From: Actinomycetota bacterium
GTDB taxonomy: Bacteria; Actinomycetota; UBA4738; JBBDHU01
Assembly: GCA_040880465.1 (NCBI GenBank)
Contig: JBBDIK010000011.1
Span: forward strand, 177,229-241,228
Direction of reading: 5' to 3'
DNA: 64,000 bases
Position 1 is the first letter of the stretch; the number at the start of each line of letters is the position of its first letter. Below are positions 10,198 to 19,747 of this stretch, in pieces. The notes below the pieces were generated by a model. It saw only the letters and a program-made list of their open reading frames with translations, made no database searches and was not told the origin of the DNA. The translations under genes and the position numbers were made by a program.

Positions 10198-10725
10198 TCA
10201 GACGCGTCCGCACCCGTCGAGCAGCTCGACATCGGCATCGGGGAGCAGGTCGTTCGGATCAGCATACCCGTGGTCGGTTCCCGGCCCACCGAAGAGGGTG
10301 TCGTTGCCTTCGACGCCGTCCCCGACGAAGACGCACTCGTCGTCGCCCGGTCCGCCGGACACCGTATCGTCTCCGATGAAGCCCTCGACGTAGTCGATGC
10401 CGGCGTCGCCGTTGACGCTGTCGTTGCCTGCGTCGCCGTTCATGGTGTCGCGGCCGCCGTCCCCGTACAAGAGGTCGTTCCCGTCGCCGCCCGACACGCG
10501 GTCGTTCCCACGACCGGCGAGGACCACATCGTTGCCCCCCCTCGCCCTGATCACGTCGCCACCGCCGAGTCCGCAGATGGTGTCCGGCCCGGCCGTCCCC
10601 TTCAGGACGTCGCCACGTGGGGTTCCGGTGATCGTGCACGTGAACGAGCCCGCTCTGACGGTGCCGGCGGGGGCTCCCAAAGCCAGCACGGCGAGCCCGG
10701 CGATGATCATGGCCCGAGCCTTCAT
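10198..10725 (-). CDS. Small secreted RTX/hemolysin-type calcium-binding repeat protein
   Basis: Signal peptide MKARAMIIAGLAVLAL, CTITGT...DTICG, tandem GGxGxD nonapeptides. Confidence 0.8.
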   Translation of the reverse strand: MKARAMIIAGLAVLALGAPAGTVRAGSFTCTITGTPRGDVLKGTAGPDTICGLGGGDVIRARGGNDVVLAGRGNDRVSGGDGNDLLYGDGGRDTMNGDAGNDSVNGDAGIDYVEGFIGDDTVSGGPGDDECVFVGDGVEGNDTLFGGPGTDHGYADPNDLLPDADVELLDGCGRV

Positions 10726-10737
10726 CCGTCCCTCCTG

Positions 10738-10783
10738 TGGGGCGCGCCGTCCGATACCGTTGGGGCGCGCCGTCCGATACCGT
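10738..10783. repeat. Perfect 23-bp tandem duplication upstream of RTX gene 1
   Basis: TGGGGCGCGCCGTCCGATACCGT at 10738-10760 and 10761-10783. Confidence 0.9.
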
Positions 10784-10956
10784 TCCACTCGACGGGCAAG
10801 TTCTGCCGTCCGTCCGGCTCAGGTCAAGGCTCGGTCAAGGAACGTACGCGCCCGAAGGAAAGCGGAAACCCCGCCCGGTTGCCCGGACGGGGCCCTCATC
10901 TCCGCTCCCTCAGGATCCTCGTTCTCGCTCCTGGGGATACCCCTCTCCCGCTGCTC

Positions 10957-11472
10957 CTACTCGCCGCCGCAGGGGAACTCGCTCTCCGTGGTGACATCGA
11001 TCACGTCGCCCGGGTCGGCCATCGCCTCGTCCACGCCGCCGTCGCCGATGTTCGTGTCGTTGCCACCTACGCCGTCCGCCGAGATCAGGCAGTCGTTGCC
11101 GGTTCCGCCGTAGAGCGTGTCGGATCCGCCGTCGCCGATGACGTAGTCCGGGCCTCCGTCGCCGTACACCGCGTCGAACGAGTCGCCGCCGGAGACGTAG
11201 TCGAAGCCGGCGCCGCCGTAGGCGAGATCCATGCCGCCGCCGCCGAGGAGCGTGTCGTTGCCGTCTGCACCGATCAGGGTGTCGTCGCCGCCGCGGCCCT
11301 TGACCAGGTCATGACCGCCCTTGGCACAGATGACGTCAGGTCCGGGGGTGCCGACGAGGGTGTCCGAGCCGCCCGTTCCGAAGATGGTGCAGTGGCTCGC
11401 GCTCGCCGGTGCCACAACCAGGCCGACCGACAAGGCCGCCGCCACCACCATGAGGCCGATGATCTTCCGCAT
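10957..11472 (-). CDS. Small secreted RTX/hemolysin-type calcium-binding repeat protein
   Basis: Signal peptide MRKIIGLMVVAAALSVG, HCTIFGT...DVICA, GGxGxD repeats; AAAGGAGG RBS. Confidence 0.82.
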   Translation of the reverse strand: MRKIIGLMVVAAALSVGLVVAPASASHCTIFGTGGSDTLVGTPGPDVICAKGGHDLVKGRGGDDTLIGADGNDTLLGGGGMDLAYGGAGFDYVSGGDSFDAVYGDGGPDYVIGDGGSDTLYGGTGNDCLISADGVGGNDTNIGDGGVDEAMADPGDVIDVTTESEFPCGGE

Positions 11473-11686
11473 CGTGCGCCTCCTTTCGTCGTGTTCCACG
11501 CGCTGCTTGATGGAAGTATCGACGGATGGCTCGCTCCCTCCTGTCGGCCGGGAGACACGACCGGTGACCGATACTCGACACCCCGGAAGCGCTCGACGGG
11601 ATCGGGCCCTCGACCCGCGATCCGAGCGCGGAACGGGGGGCGAACGTGCCCCGGGGACGTCCCGAGGGACGGCGGATCGCAGACCC

Positions 11687-12367
11687 TCAGGTCAGGGATC
11701 GGGCCCGTTGGAGGATCGCGTCCAGCATGTCGGGTGTCAGCTTGCCGGTGAACGTGTTCTGCTGGCTGGGGTGGAAACACCCGAGGATCGTGTAGACACC
11801 GACCTCCGACTCCGCGGCATGGCCGAACTTCGGTTTCGGCATCGGCCGGGGGTGACCGTTCGCCGCCAGGGCCCGGAGCACGCCGTCCCACGCGAAGGAA
11901 CCTAGCGCGACGATGACTCGCAGTTCCCCCAGCAGGGCGATCTCGCGTTCGAGGAACGGCAGACAGGCGTCACGCTCGGCCGGCGTCGGCTTGTTGCCGG
12001 GCGGCGCACACCGGTTCACCGCCGTCACCCAGAGCCCGGCGAGCCGCATCCCATCCTCGCGTGAGATCGACTCGGCCTGCGAGGCGAAGCCGGTCCGATG
12101 CAGGCCCGCGTAGAGGAAGTCGCCGCTGCGGTCCCCGGTGAAGACGCGGCCCGTTCGGTTCCCGCCGTGGGCGGCAGGTGCAAGTCCAACGACCATGACG
12201 CGTGCAGTCGGGTCGCCGAAGCCGGGGATGGGCCGGCCCCAGTACTCATCGTCGACGAACCGGGCGACCTTCTCGCGGGCCACGCGCTCCCGCCACTCCA
12301 CGAGCCGAGGACAGGCGCGACAGGCGATGACATCCCGTTCGAGCCCGGCGAGCGTCCGGGCGGACAC
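11687..12367 (-). CDS. udgB: Family 5 uracil-DNA glycosylase (UdgB-type)
   Basis: CRACPRL Fe-S motif, GLAPAAHGGNRTGRVFTGDRSG, HPSQQN. Confidence 0.9.
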   Translation of the reverse strand: MSARTLAGLERDVIACRACPRLVEWRERVAREKVARFVDDEYWGRPIPGFGDPTARVMVVGLAPAAHGGNRTGRVFTGDRSGDFLYAGLHRTGFASQAESISREDGMRLAGLWVTAVNRCAPPGNKPTPAERDACLPFLEREIALLGELRVIVALGSFAWDGVLRALAANGHPRPMPKPKFGHAAESEVGVYTILGCFHPSQQNTFTGKLTPDMLDAILQRARSLT

Positions 12368-12876
12368 TACTCCGCGGTCTTGGGAGTGGGCCGGTCGGGC
12401 TGCTCGTCGGCGGTCCCGCGCTTGGGGACCATGACCTTGCGACGGAAGTACAAGACCTCGTCGCCGTGCTGGTTGTAGCCTCGCGTCTCCACGGAGACGA
12501 CACCGCGGTCGGGCTTCGATGAAGATTCCTTCTTGTCGAGCACGGTGGTCTCGGCGTAGAGCGTGTCCCCGTGGAACATCGGCGACTTGTGCTGCAAGGT
12601 CTCTACTTCCAGGTTGGCGATCGCGCGCCCGCTCACGTCGGGCACGCTCATCCCGAGCGCCAGGGAGTACACGAGGTTCCCGACGACGACGTTCTTGCCG
12701 AACTGCGTCGACGTTTCCGCGTAGTGCGCGTTCGTGTGGAGTGGGTGATGGTTCATCGTGATCATGCAGAACAGGTGGTCGTCGTATTCCGTGATCGTCT
12801 TCCCCGGCCAGTGCTTGTAGACGTCGCCGATCTCGAAATCGTCGAAGTATCGCCCGAACGGCCGCGCCTCACCCAT
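12367..12876 (-). CDS. mch: MaoC-family dehydratase, probable mesaconyl-CoA hydratase
   Basis: GRYFDDFEIGDVYKHWPGKTITEYDDHLFC...MNHHPLH; clustered with mcl-like and acyl-CoA dehydrogenase genes as in Streptomyces ethylmalonyl-CoA clusters. Confidence 0.75.
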   Translation of the reverse strand: MGEARPFGRYFDDFEIGDVYKHWPGKTITEYDDHLFCMITMNHHPLHTNAHYAETSTQFGKNVVVGNLVYSLALGMSVPDVSGRAIANLEVETLQHKSPMFHGDTLYAETTVLDKKESSSKPDRGVVSVETRGYNQHGDEVLYFRRKVMVPKRGTADEQPDRPTPKTAE

Positions 12877-12905
12877 CGGTTCGTAGTCCTTTCCTTTTCA
12901 CCTGA

Positions 12906-13397
12906 TCACGCCGGGCCACAGGAGGCGACCCGTCGTTCTACGCCGCGCACGATATCGTGCTCGTCCCACACGCCCCGGTCCCGGTCTTGGCGGCCGCGGA
13001 GTTCGTCCCGATCGTCGTCCTTCGCGTCGAGGCAGTCATTGCCATCGTCTCCGACCAACACATCCCGCCCCTCCGTGTCGACCAGCTCGTCCGGGCCCGA
13101 TCCGCCGAACAATCGATCGTCGTCGGCCAGGCCGGAGAGATAGTCGCCGCTCGCTCCGCCGGACAGGACGTCGTCTCCCCCCCAGCCATACATGACGTCA
13201 GGGCCTCCGTATCCGAGGAGGTGGTCGTTGCCCTCGTACCCGCACATGAAGTCCTGACCGCTAGTACCGATGACCTCGTCGTTGCCCGCCCCACCCGAGA
13301 CCTCGGGTGTACAGACCCCAGCTGACGCAGGGCCAGACGAAAGAACAGCGAGGATAAGCAGAAGGGGGGCGGTCCCGACCTTCGACCACGTCAACAT
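12906..13397 (-). CDS. Small secreted RTX-type calcium-binding repeat protein (third paralog)
   Basis: Signal peptide, VCTPEVSGGAGNDEVIGTSGQDFMCG, GGxGxD repeats, NDCLD; GGAAAGGAG RBS. Confidence 0.75.
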   Translation of the reverse strand: MLTWSKVGTAPLLLILAVLSSGPASAGVCTPEVSGGAGNDEVIGTSGQDFMCGYEGNDHLLGYGGPDVMYGWGGDDVLSGGASGDYLSGLADDDRLFGGSGPDELVDTEGRDVLVGDDGNDCLDAKDDDRDELRGRQDRDRGVWDEHDIVRGVERRVASCGPA

Positions 13398-13429
13398 GGC
13401 ACGACTCCTTTCCATCTTCCGAAACCGAC

Positions 13430-14626
13430 TCAGTTCTGAACCTTGTATCGCTCCAGAAGCTCGCGACCGATAACCAGCTTCTGGATCTCGGAGGTGCCCT
13501 CGCCGATCAACAGGAACGGCGCATCGCGGTACAGCCGTTCGATCGTGTACTCCTTCGAGTAGCCGTAGCCGCCGTGCACGCGGAGCGAATCGGTCACGAT
13601 CTGATGGCACGCCTCCGCGCAGAACAGCTTGCTCATCCCCGCTTCCAGGTCCGCGCGCTTGCCCTCTACTTTCGCCTTCGCGGCGGCCAGCAGCATCAGC
13701 CGGGCCGCCTGCAACTTCGTCCCCATGTCGGCGAGCATGAACTGGATGGCCTGGTGCTTGCTGATGGTCTTCCCGAAGGCCTCGCGGACCTGTGCGTACG
13801 CGATGGCCTCCTCGAACGCGCGGGTGGCGACGCCGACCGCACGGGCGCTGACGTTCACGCGGCCAACCTCGATCCCGTCGAGCACCTGCTGGAACCCTTG
13901 ACCCTCCTCGCCGCCGAGCAGATCCGTCGCCGCGACGCGATGCCCCTCGAAGACGAGTTCGGTCGTCTCGACGCCCTTGTAGCCCATCTTCTCGAGCGGC
14001 GGGGGGACCGTGATACCGCCGCTCCTCTCGGCGCCCGGCTCCTTCTCGGCCAGGAACAGTGACATGCCCGTGTAGGGCGGGTCCGCCTCCGGGTCGGTCT
14101 TCGCCAAGAGCACGACCAGACCGCTGCGCAGGCCGTTGGTCACCCACATCTTGGTGCCGTCGATGACGTAGTCGTCTCCATCTCGGATCGCCTTGCACAG
14201 GATCGCCTGGACGTCGGAGCCGGCGCCGTGTTCGGACATCGACAGCGACGCGCGGATCTCACCCGTCGCCAGCCGCGGCAGGAACCGCTGCTTCTGATCG
14301 TCCGTGCCGAACTTGTCGATGAGGTAGCAGGCCATGAAGTGGGTGTTCAGGACCCCCGAGAGCGACATCCACCCGCGGGCGAGCTCGACCACGGTCAGGG
14401 CGTAGGTCATGAGGTCGAGCCCGGCGCCCCCGTACTCCTCCTTGACCGTGAGTCCGAACAGCCCCATCTCCTTGAGCTGCTCGACGAGCTTGTCCGGGAA
14501 CTCGTCCCGGTGCTCCATCTCATCGGCGACCGGATAGACCTCGTTCTCGACGAACTCCCGGACGGCCTCGGCGATCGCCAGCTGGTCCTCGGTGAGGTCG
14601 ACCAGCTCCGATGCCCAGTACGCCAC
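13430..14626 (-). CDS. Acyl-CoA dehydrogenase, probable methylsuccinyl-CoA dehydrogenase
   Basis: MSEHGAGSD, GTKMWVTNG, VHGGYGYSKEY..ERLYRDA..IGEGTSEIQ; substrate inferred from context. Confidence 0.85.
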   Translation of the reverse strand: MAYWASELVDLTEDQLAIAEAVREFVENEVYPVADEMEHRDEFPDKLVEQLKEMGLFGLTVKEEYGGAGLDLMTYALTVVELARGWMSLSGVLNTHFMACYLIDKFGTDDQKQRFLPRLATGEIRASLSMSEHGAGSDVQAILCKAIRDGDDYVIDGTKMWVTNGLRSGLVVLLAKTDPEADPPYTGMSLFLAEKEPGAERSGGITVPPPLEKMGYKGVETTELVFEGHRVAATDLLGGEEGQGFQQVLDGIEVGRVNVSARAVGVATRAFEEAIAYAQVREAFGKTISKHQAIQFMLADMGTKLQAARLMLLAAAKAKVEGKRADLEAGMSKLFCAEACHQIVTDSLRVHGGYGYSKEYTIERLYRDAPFLLIGEGTSEIQKLVIGRELLERYKVQN

Positions 14627-15609
14627 TACTTACCCGCCTTGTCCTTCATCATCTGGTCGTACTCGTCCAGGTACTCCTGGAGCTGCTTGGTGCGCTCGAG
14701 GCCCGAGGCCCGTCCGCGACCCGTGACGACCTGCGCCTGCTTGAGGACCGCCTCATCGAGCATGTCCTTCATGAACATGACCGCGCCGAGCCCTTCGGCC
14801 TTCGCCTGCTCGTAGCGCTCGATGATGGCCTCCGCCCGGTTGAACTCCTCCTGGGTCGGGGTGAATACCTCGTGGAGCACCTCGATCTGGCCGGGGTGCA
14901 GCGCCCACTTGCCTTCGTAGCCGAGGCCCTTGGACTTGATCGCCCGCTCCCGGAGCCCGTCGATGTCTTGGATCGCGACGAACGGCCCGTCGATCGCCTG
15001 CAAACCGAAGGTTCGGGCCGCCACGATGACCTGGAACAGTCCGGCGTGCAGATGGTCGCCCGGGTAGCCCGGCATCGGCGAGCCGGCGGGGATCGCCGGC
15101 AGGCCGAGCGAGGCGCTCATGTCGGCGTACCCGAAGATCAGGGTCTCGATGCGGTCCGACGCGGTCGCGATCTCGTCGATGTAGGTGAGCGCCGCCGCGG
15201 ACTCGATGATCAGCTCGAAGCCGATGGGCGTGGAGATGCCGTTGTCGTTCTCGACCATGCGGACGAGGTCCTCGACGAACTGCACCTGGTGCGCGCTCTC
15301 TGGCTTCGGGATCATGATGCAGTCGAGCTTGTCGCCCGCACCCGAAACCAGCTCGACGATGTCCTTGTAGCACCAGTCGGTCTGCACGCCGTTGATCCGC
15401 ACGACCATGGTCTTGCCCGTCCAGTCGCCCTTGTTCAGCCACTCGATGGCATTGGCCCGGGCTTCGTCCTTGGCTGAGGGCGCGACCGCATCCTCCAGGT
15501 CGAAGAAGATCTCGTCGACCTGCAGACCTTGGGCCTTCTCGAGCATGCGGGGGTTCGACGCCGGTACGGCGAGGCACGAACGGCGGGTACGTGTGATGCG
15601 CTCAGGCAT
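14626..15609 (-). CDS. mcl: HpcH/HpaI/CitE family CoA-ester lyase, probable malyl-/beta-methylmalyl-CoA lyase
   Basis: RRSCLAVP.SNP, DLEDAV, VRIN, IESA, AIDGP, GKWALHPGQ. Confidence 0.8.
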   Translation of the reverse strand: MPERITRTRRSCLAVPASNPRMLEKAQGLQVDEIFFDLEDAVAPSAKDEARANAIEWLNKGDWTGKTMVVRINGVQTDWCYKDIVELVSGAGDKLDCIMIPKPESAHQVQFVEDLVRMVENDNGISTPIGFELIIESAAALTYIDEIATASDRIETLIFGYADMSASLGLPAIPAGSPMPGYPGDHLHAGLFQVIVAARTFGLQAIDGPFVAIQDIDGLRERAIKSKGLGYEGKWALHPGQIEVLHEVFTPTQEEFNRAEAIIERYEQAKAEGLGAVMFMKDMLDEAVLKQAQVVTGRGRASGLERTKQLQEYLDEYDQMMKDKAGK

Positions 15610-15752
15610 GGGCAGGGCTCCTCTCGGTGGTAGGCGCACATGCTACTGACACGCGTGGTCCTGCGGCAAAGGACGTCCGGCCCCGCCTTCGAGGGACCCG
15701 GCTTCAGTTCCCCGCCCAACCCGACCGATGACGGTAGGGTGGAAGGACCGAC

Positions 15753-17282
15753 ATGCGCAGACCTCTCTTCACGACGTCCCTGACCCTGGCCGTTTCGCTC
15801 GGGCTGTCCGGCCTGAGCTGGGTGCAGCCTGCAGCGGGCCAGACCTTCCCTGAGACGGAGTTCGAAACCGCGCCCGTCGAGATCGGCGCCTTCCGCCCCC
15901 ACGGCGGCGGCGCCGTCCGGACACCGACCGCTCACGGGGTCCTGCGGACCACCGAGCCCGGATCGACCGGGCCCGTCGAGGTCTGCTCGCCGATCTGGTT
16001 CACCTCGATCGGCGTCACCTGGGATCAGCCCGTCAACGGGCCGGTCGCGGCCCGCGTAGCGCTCAGCGACGACGGGACCAACTTCGACGCCCCGGACGAA
16101 GTGCACGCGGTCCAGACCGAGACCCCGGACCCAGGATCCGCCGACGACCGGTCGGCCGACCTGGCCGGAGGCTCCGCCGACAACGGCGTCTGGCTCTGGA
16201 CCGACGGTGCCCGATGCATGAACCTCGGGTTCGAGGTCGGGCCCGGCATCGAGATGTCCGATGTTCGCGTGATGTTCATCAACACGTCGGGTTCCTCGGC
16301 AGGACCCGGCACGGAGCCCGAGCAACCGGACGGGAGCTTCGGCCTGCCGTCGGCCGAGGCGTGGACCGAGCAGCCGACGATCCACCTGCGCAACGAGTGG
16401 AACGCGCGGCCGCGTTCGAACAGCAATCAGTGCCAGCCGATCGACTACGCGCCGGCTGTCAAAGCTGCGTTCGTTCACCACACGGATACCCCGAACGCCT
16501 ACACGAAGGACGAGGTCGACGACATCCTTCGCGGGATCCAGGCGTACCACATGAACGGCCGCGGCTGGTGCGACATCGCCTACAACTTCCTCATCGACAA
16601 GTTCGGTCGCGTCTGGGAAGGGCGTGATGGCGGTATCACCAAGCCGGTCGTGTCGGGCGCGACCCAAGGCGTGAACACCGGGAGCGTGTCGGTCTCGTTG
16701 ATCGGCTCACACCAACGGGCGAGACCCAAGGCTGCCGCGATGACGGCCCTGAAACGCTTCCTTGCCTGGCGGCTGGACATCGCCCACGTCCGCCCGAACA
16801 CGAAGACCACCCTGGTCTCGTCGGGCGGCGACAACACGAAGTACGACCCCGGCGACGTCGTCCACCTCAAGACGATCTCCGGCCACCGCGACACGGGGTA
16901 CACCGATTGCCCCGGCAACCAGGTCTACAAGCAGCTCGACAACATCCGGCGGGCGGTCTCGAACCTGGGCAAGCCGAAGATGTTCGGACCGAAAGCGACC
17001 CCGGACGCGATCGAGCAGGGTTCGGGCGACACCATCCGGTTCAAAGCAGACGCGACCGGGGTCCTGCAGTGGACGCTCGAGTTCACGAAGGTCAGTGACG
17101 GATCGCTGGTGCGCACGATCACCGCCGGCGGCAACCCCCTCAGCGTTGCCTGGCACGGGAACGATGACGCGAGCAACCCGGCGCCGACCGGTGCCTACGA
17201 CGTCAAGATCACCGCCGAACGCGCGAGCGACGGAGCCAACGCTCGGCCGGCGACGCTGCGGGTCCGCGTCACGCCCCCGTAG
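15753..17282 (+). CDS. Secreted N-acetylmuramoyl-L-alanine amidase (PGRP-like) with C-terminal FlgD-like Ig domain
   Basis: Signal peptide; FVHHT, GWCDIAYNFLIDKFGRVWEGR, ISGHRD..TDCPG; W.GND....PTGAY C-terminus. Confidence 0.88.
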   Translation: MRRPLFTTSLTLAVSLGLSGLSWVQPAAGQTFPETEFETAPVEIGAFRPHGGGAVRTPTAHGVLRTTEPGSTGPVEVCSPIWFTSIGVTWDQPVNGPVAARVALSDDGTNFDAPDEVHAVQTETPDPGSADDRSADLAGGSADNGVWLWTDGARCMNLGFEVGPGIEMSDVRVMFINTSGSSAGPGTEPEQPDGSFGLPSAEAWTEQPTIHLRNEWNARPRSNSNQCQPIDYAPAVKAAFVHHTDTPNAYTKDEVDDILRGIQAYHMNGRGWCDIAYNFLIDKFGRVWEGRDGGITKPVVSGATQGVNTGSVSVSLIGSHQRARPKAAAMTALKRFLAWRLDIAHVRPNTKTTLVSSGGDNTKYDPGDVVHLKTISGHRDTGYTDCPGNQVYKQLDNIRRAVSNLGKPKMFGPKATPDAIEQGSGDTIRFKADATGVLQWTLEFTKVSDGSLVRTITAGGNPLSVAWHGNDDASNPAPTGAYDVKITAERASDGANARPATLRVRVTPP

Positions 17283-17344
17283 CCGCCCGACGGGCCGATC
17301 GAGCTACTCGCCGTAGCCGCCCGAAGGGCGGATCGAGCTACTCG
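17277..17344. repeat. 34-bp tandem duplication between convergent stop codons
   Basis: CCGTAGCCGCCCGACGGGCCGATCGAGCTACTCG then CCGTAGCCGCCCGAAGGGCGGATCGAGCTACTCG (2 mismatches). Confidence 0.85.
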
Positions 17345-18693
17345 CCGTCGCCGGCCTCGGTCGGAGCCGAATGACCCCGAGCCGCCAGCGCCGACTCGGC
17401 CAGCACGTCGAGACCCTCATCGAGTTCCTCGTCGGTGATCACGAGCGGGATCAAGTGCCTGAGCACGTTGTGGTACACCCCGCAGCCGACCGTCACCAGG
17501 CCGCGTCGTTGCGTCTCCCGCATGATGGCACCGAGGTAGCCCTCGGCCGGCTCCTTCGTGTCGGGATCGAGCACCAGCTCCACGCCGATCATCGAGCCCA
17601 CGCCGCGGATCTCGCCGACCTCCGGAACGTCTCGCGCGATCTCCTCCCATCGCGAACGGACCGCCTTCCCGACGACCTCGGCCCGGGCAAGCAGGTCCTC
17701 CTCTTCGACCACCTGCAGGACCGCGTTCGCCGCCACGCAGGCGACCGGATTGCCGACGTACGTCCCGCCGATCGCGGAGTCCCCAGGCGCGTCCATCACC
17801 TCGCGAGGCCCGACCACCGCAGAGATCGGGTAGCCGGCGCCCAGTGCCTTCGCCAGCACGACGATGTCCGGTCGGAAGCCGAATGTCTCCGCAGCCAGGA
17901 AGGTTCCCGCCCGGCCAGACCCGGACTGGATCTCATCGGCAACCACCAGGATGCCGTTGCGTCGGCAGATGTCTTCCACGCCCCGAAGGAACTCGGCCGA
18001 CGGGACCACGTAGCCGCCCTCACCCTGGATCGGTTCGATGACCGCGCACGCGACCGACGCGGCATCCACCTGCGTCTTGAAGGCCCGCTCCAGAGCGTCC
18101 AACGCGTTCCGAGCCGAGCGCGCGGGGTCCGCCGCACGGTAGGGGTAGTCGAACGGCACCCGGTAGATCTCGGGAGCGAACGGTCCGAACCCGGCCTTGT
18201 ACGGGTGCGGGCGGCTGGTGAGCGACATCGTCAGCAAGGTTCGCCCGTGGAACCCCCCCTCGAAGCAGAGGACCGCGGGCCGGCCCGTGGCTGCGCGGGC
18301 GAACTTGACCGCGTTCTCGATGGCCTCGGCACCCGAGTTGAAGAACGCCACCCGCCGGTCCCCACCCCCGGTGAGGGTGATGAGCCGTTCCGCGAGTTCG
18401 ACGTACGGCTCGTACGGGATGACGGAGAAGTCGGTGTGGGAGAACCTCGCGGCCTGCGCCTGCACGGCCTCGACGATCTTGGGATGGGAGTACCCGACCA
18501 TGTGGCACCCGAGGCCCGCCGAGAAGTCGAGCATGGTGTTGCCGTCGACGTCGGTGAAGGCGGCACCCGAGGCATGATCGATGAACGCCGGGACGTGGAT
18601 CGAGAGCGGCTCGCAGATCACCCGCTCCTTGCGCTCGATGAGCGCTCGCGAGGCGGGGCCGGGGATCTCGGTCACCAGGTCGATCGTGGGCAC
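17338..18693 (-). CDS. gabT: 4-aminobutyrate aminotransferase (class III PLP)
   Basis: FNSGAEAIENAVK, FHGRT, EPIQGEGG, ADEIQSG, AKALG, GGTYVGNP; GTG after GGAGG. Confidence 0.88.
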   Translation of the reverse strand: MPTIDLVTEIPGPASRALIERKERVICEPLSIHVPAFIDHASGAAFTDVDGNTMLDFSAGLGCHMVGYSHPKIVEAVQAQAARFSHTDFSVIPYEPYVELAERLITLTGGGDRRVAFFNSGAEAIENAVKFARAATGRPAVLCFEGGFHGRTLLTMSLTSRPHPYKAGFGPFAPEIYRVPFDYPYRAADPARSARNALDALERAFKTQVDAASVACAVIEPIQGEGGYVVPSAEFLRGVEDICRRNGILVVADEIQSGSGRAGTFLAAETFGFRPDIVVLAKALGAGYPISAVVGPREVMDAPGDSAIGGTYVGNPVACVAANAVLQVVEEEDLLARAEVVGKAVRSRWEEIARDVPEVGEIRGVGSMIGVELVLDPDTKEPAEGYLGAIMRETQRRGLVTVGCGVYHNVLRHLIPLVITDEELDEGLDVLAESALAARGHSAPTEAGDGE

Positions 18694-18768
18694 GGCGTCT
18701 CCTCCATCGGGATACGGGCAGGCTACCAAGGGTGCTCGGCGACAGGGGTAGTGCGCCTCCCTCGGCAG

Positions 18769-19245
18769 CTACCAGCCGCCGGTGCACTCCTTCGGCGTCT
18801 TCGCGTCGACCTTGCCCTTGGAGACCTCGTCGTCGCCGTTGACGTCGGCGATGCAGTAAACGGTTCCCGTCGCCGCGTCCTTGGTCACCAGTACGATGCG
18901 CGGCCCCCCGTCCGGCCGGATGGTGACCTTGCCGGCGGCCACCGGACCGCCCTTCACCCACGTCAAGGAGGGATCGATCCCCTCGGCTTGTGGTACGCCG
19001 AACGCCGTGTAGGAATTCGGGCGCTGCTTCGTCAGGTACTTCTTGGCGGCCGCCAGCGCATCCGTGAGGTCTTGGGGCGCGGTGGCGACGACCGGCGACG
19101 GTGCCGGGGGACCGGCGCCGCCGCCGAGGAGGGAAAGCCCGGCGATGACGACGCCGATGACGATCAGGGCACCCGACGCGATGGGGGTGATCTTGCTCCC
19201 TGCAGGGGTCGCCACCCAATCCCGTATCCGTTCGCCTACTTGCAT
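18769..19245 (-). CDS. Membrane-anchored protein with type IV pilin-like globular domain
   Basis: TM helix then QDLTDALAAAK..SY..IDPSLT..G.V.I..IVLV..G.VYCIAD..G.VDA..ECTGGW; aligns by eye with element gene 28190..28747. Confidence 0.65.
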   Translation of the reverse strand: MQVGERIRDWVATPAGSKITPIASGALIVIGVVIAGLSLLGGGAGPPAPSPVVATAPQDLTDALAAAKKYLTKQRPNSYTAFGVPQAEGIDPSLTWVKGGPVAAGKVTIRPDGGPRIVLVTKDAATGTVYCIADVNGDDEVSKGKVDAKTPKECTGGW

Positions 19246-19345
19246 CCCACCTCCTGGATCCCGCCGCGCAAGTGTATGCGGGCGACGGGCCGCTGCCACG
19301 GAAGGCCCCGGGATATCTCCGGGGCCGCCGGAGCCTCGCGCTCCG

Positions 19346-19747
19346 TCACTCGCGGAGCGACCGGAATCGTTCTTCAGCGAGCTCGAAAGGCTCGAGCGGA
19401 TCCAGCAGCTCCTGCACGGTTTCGAGGAGGGACTCGAACCCCAGCTCCGACGGCTGCTCACGGAGCCGATCCCCGACGCGACGCGCCTCCACGATCCCTG
19501 CGTCGCACCCTTCCCAGATCCCGGCCAGCCGCTCATCGAACCACGGCGCCATCCTCGTATCCGCTTCAGCGAGGAACCGATCGTAGGATCCCAACGCGTC
19601 GCCGAGAGGGACCCCCGGGTAGCGGGCAGACGGGACGGCCGCGACGACCGCGGCCTTGGCCTTCTCCACGGACTCGATCGCCGAAAGGAAGGCGGCGTAG
19701 GTCGCTTCCAGATCGGAAGGGAGTCGCCGCCTGCGGAACGGCCACAT
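19346..19747 (-). CDS. Hypothetical protein
   Basis: Helical protein-like ORF starting immediately after the stop of the phosphodiesterase gene. Confidence 0.65.
   Translation of the reverse strand: MWPFRRRRLPSDLEATYAAFLSAIESVEKAKAAVVAAVPSARYPGVPLGDALGSYDRFLAEADTRMAPWFDERLAGIWEGCDAGIVEARRVGDRLREQPSELGFESLLETVQELLDPLEPFELAEERFRSLRE

Noticed and set aside
10738-17348. Short tandem repeats as possible CRISPR remnants
   Set aside because: Only two abutting units each, no spacers, no cas genes
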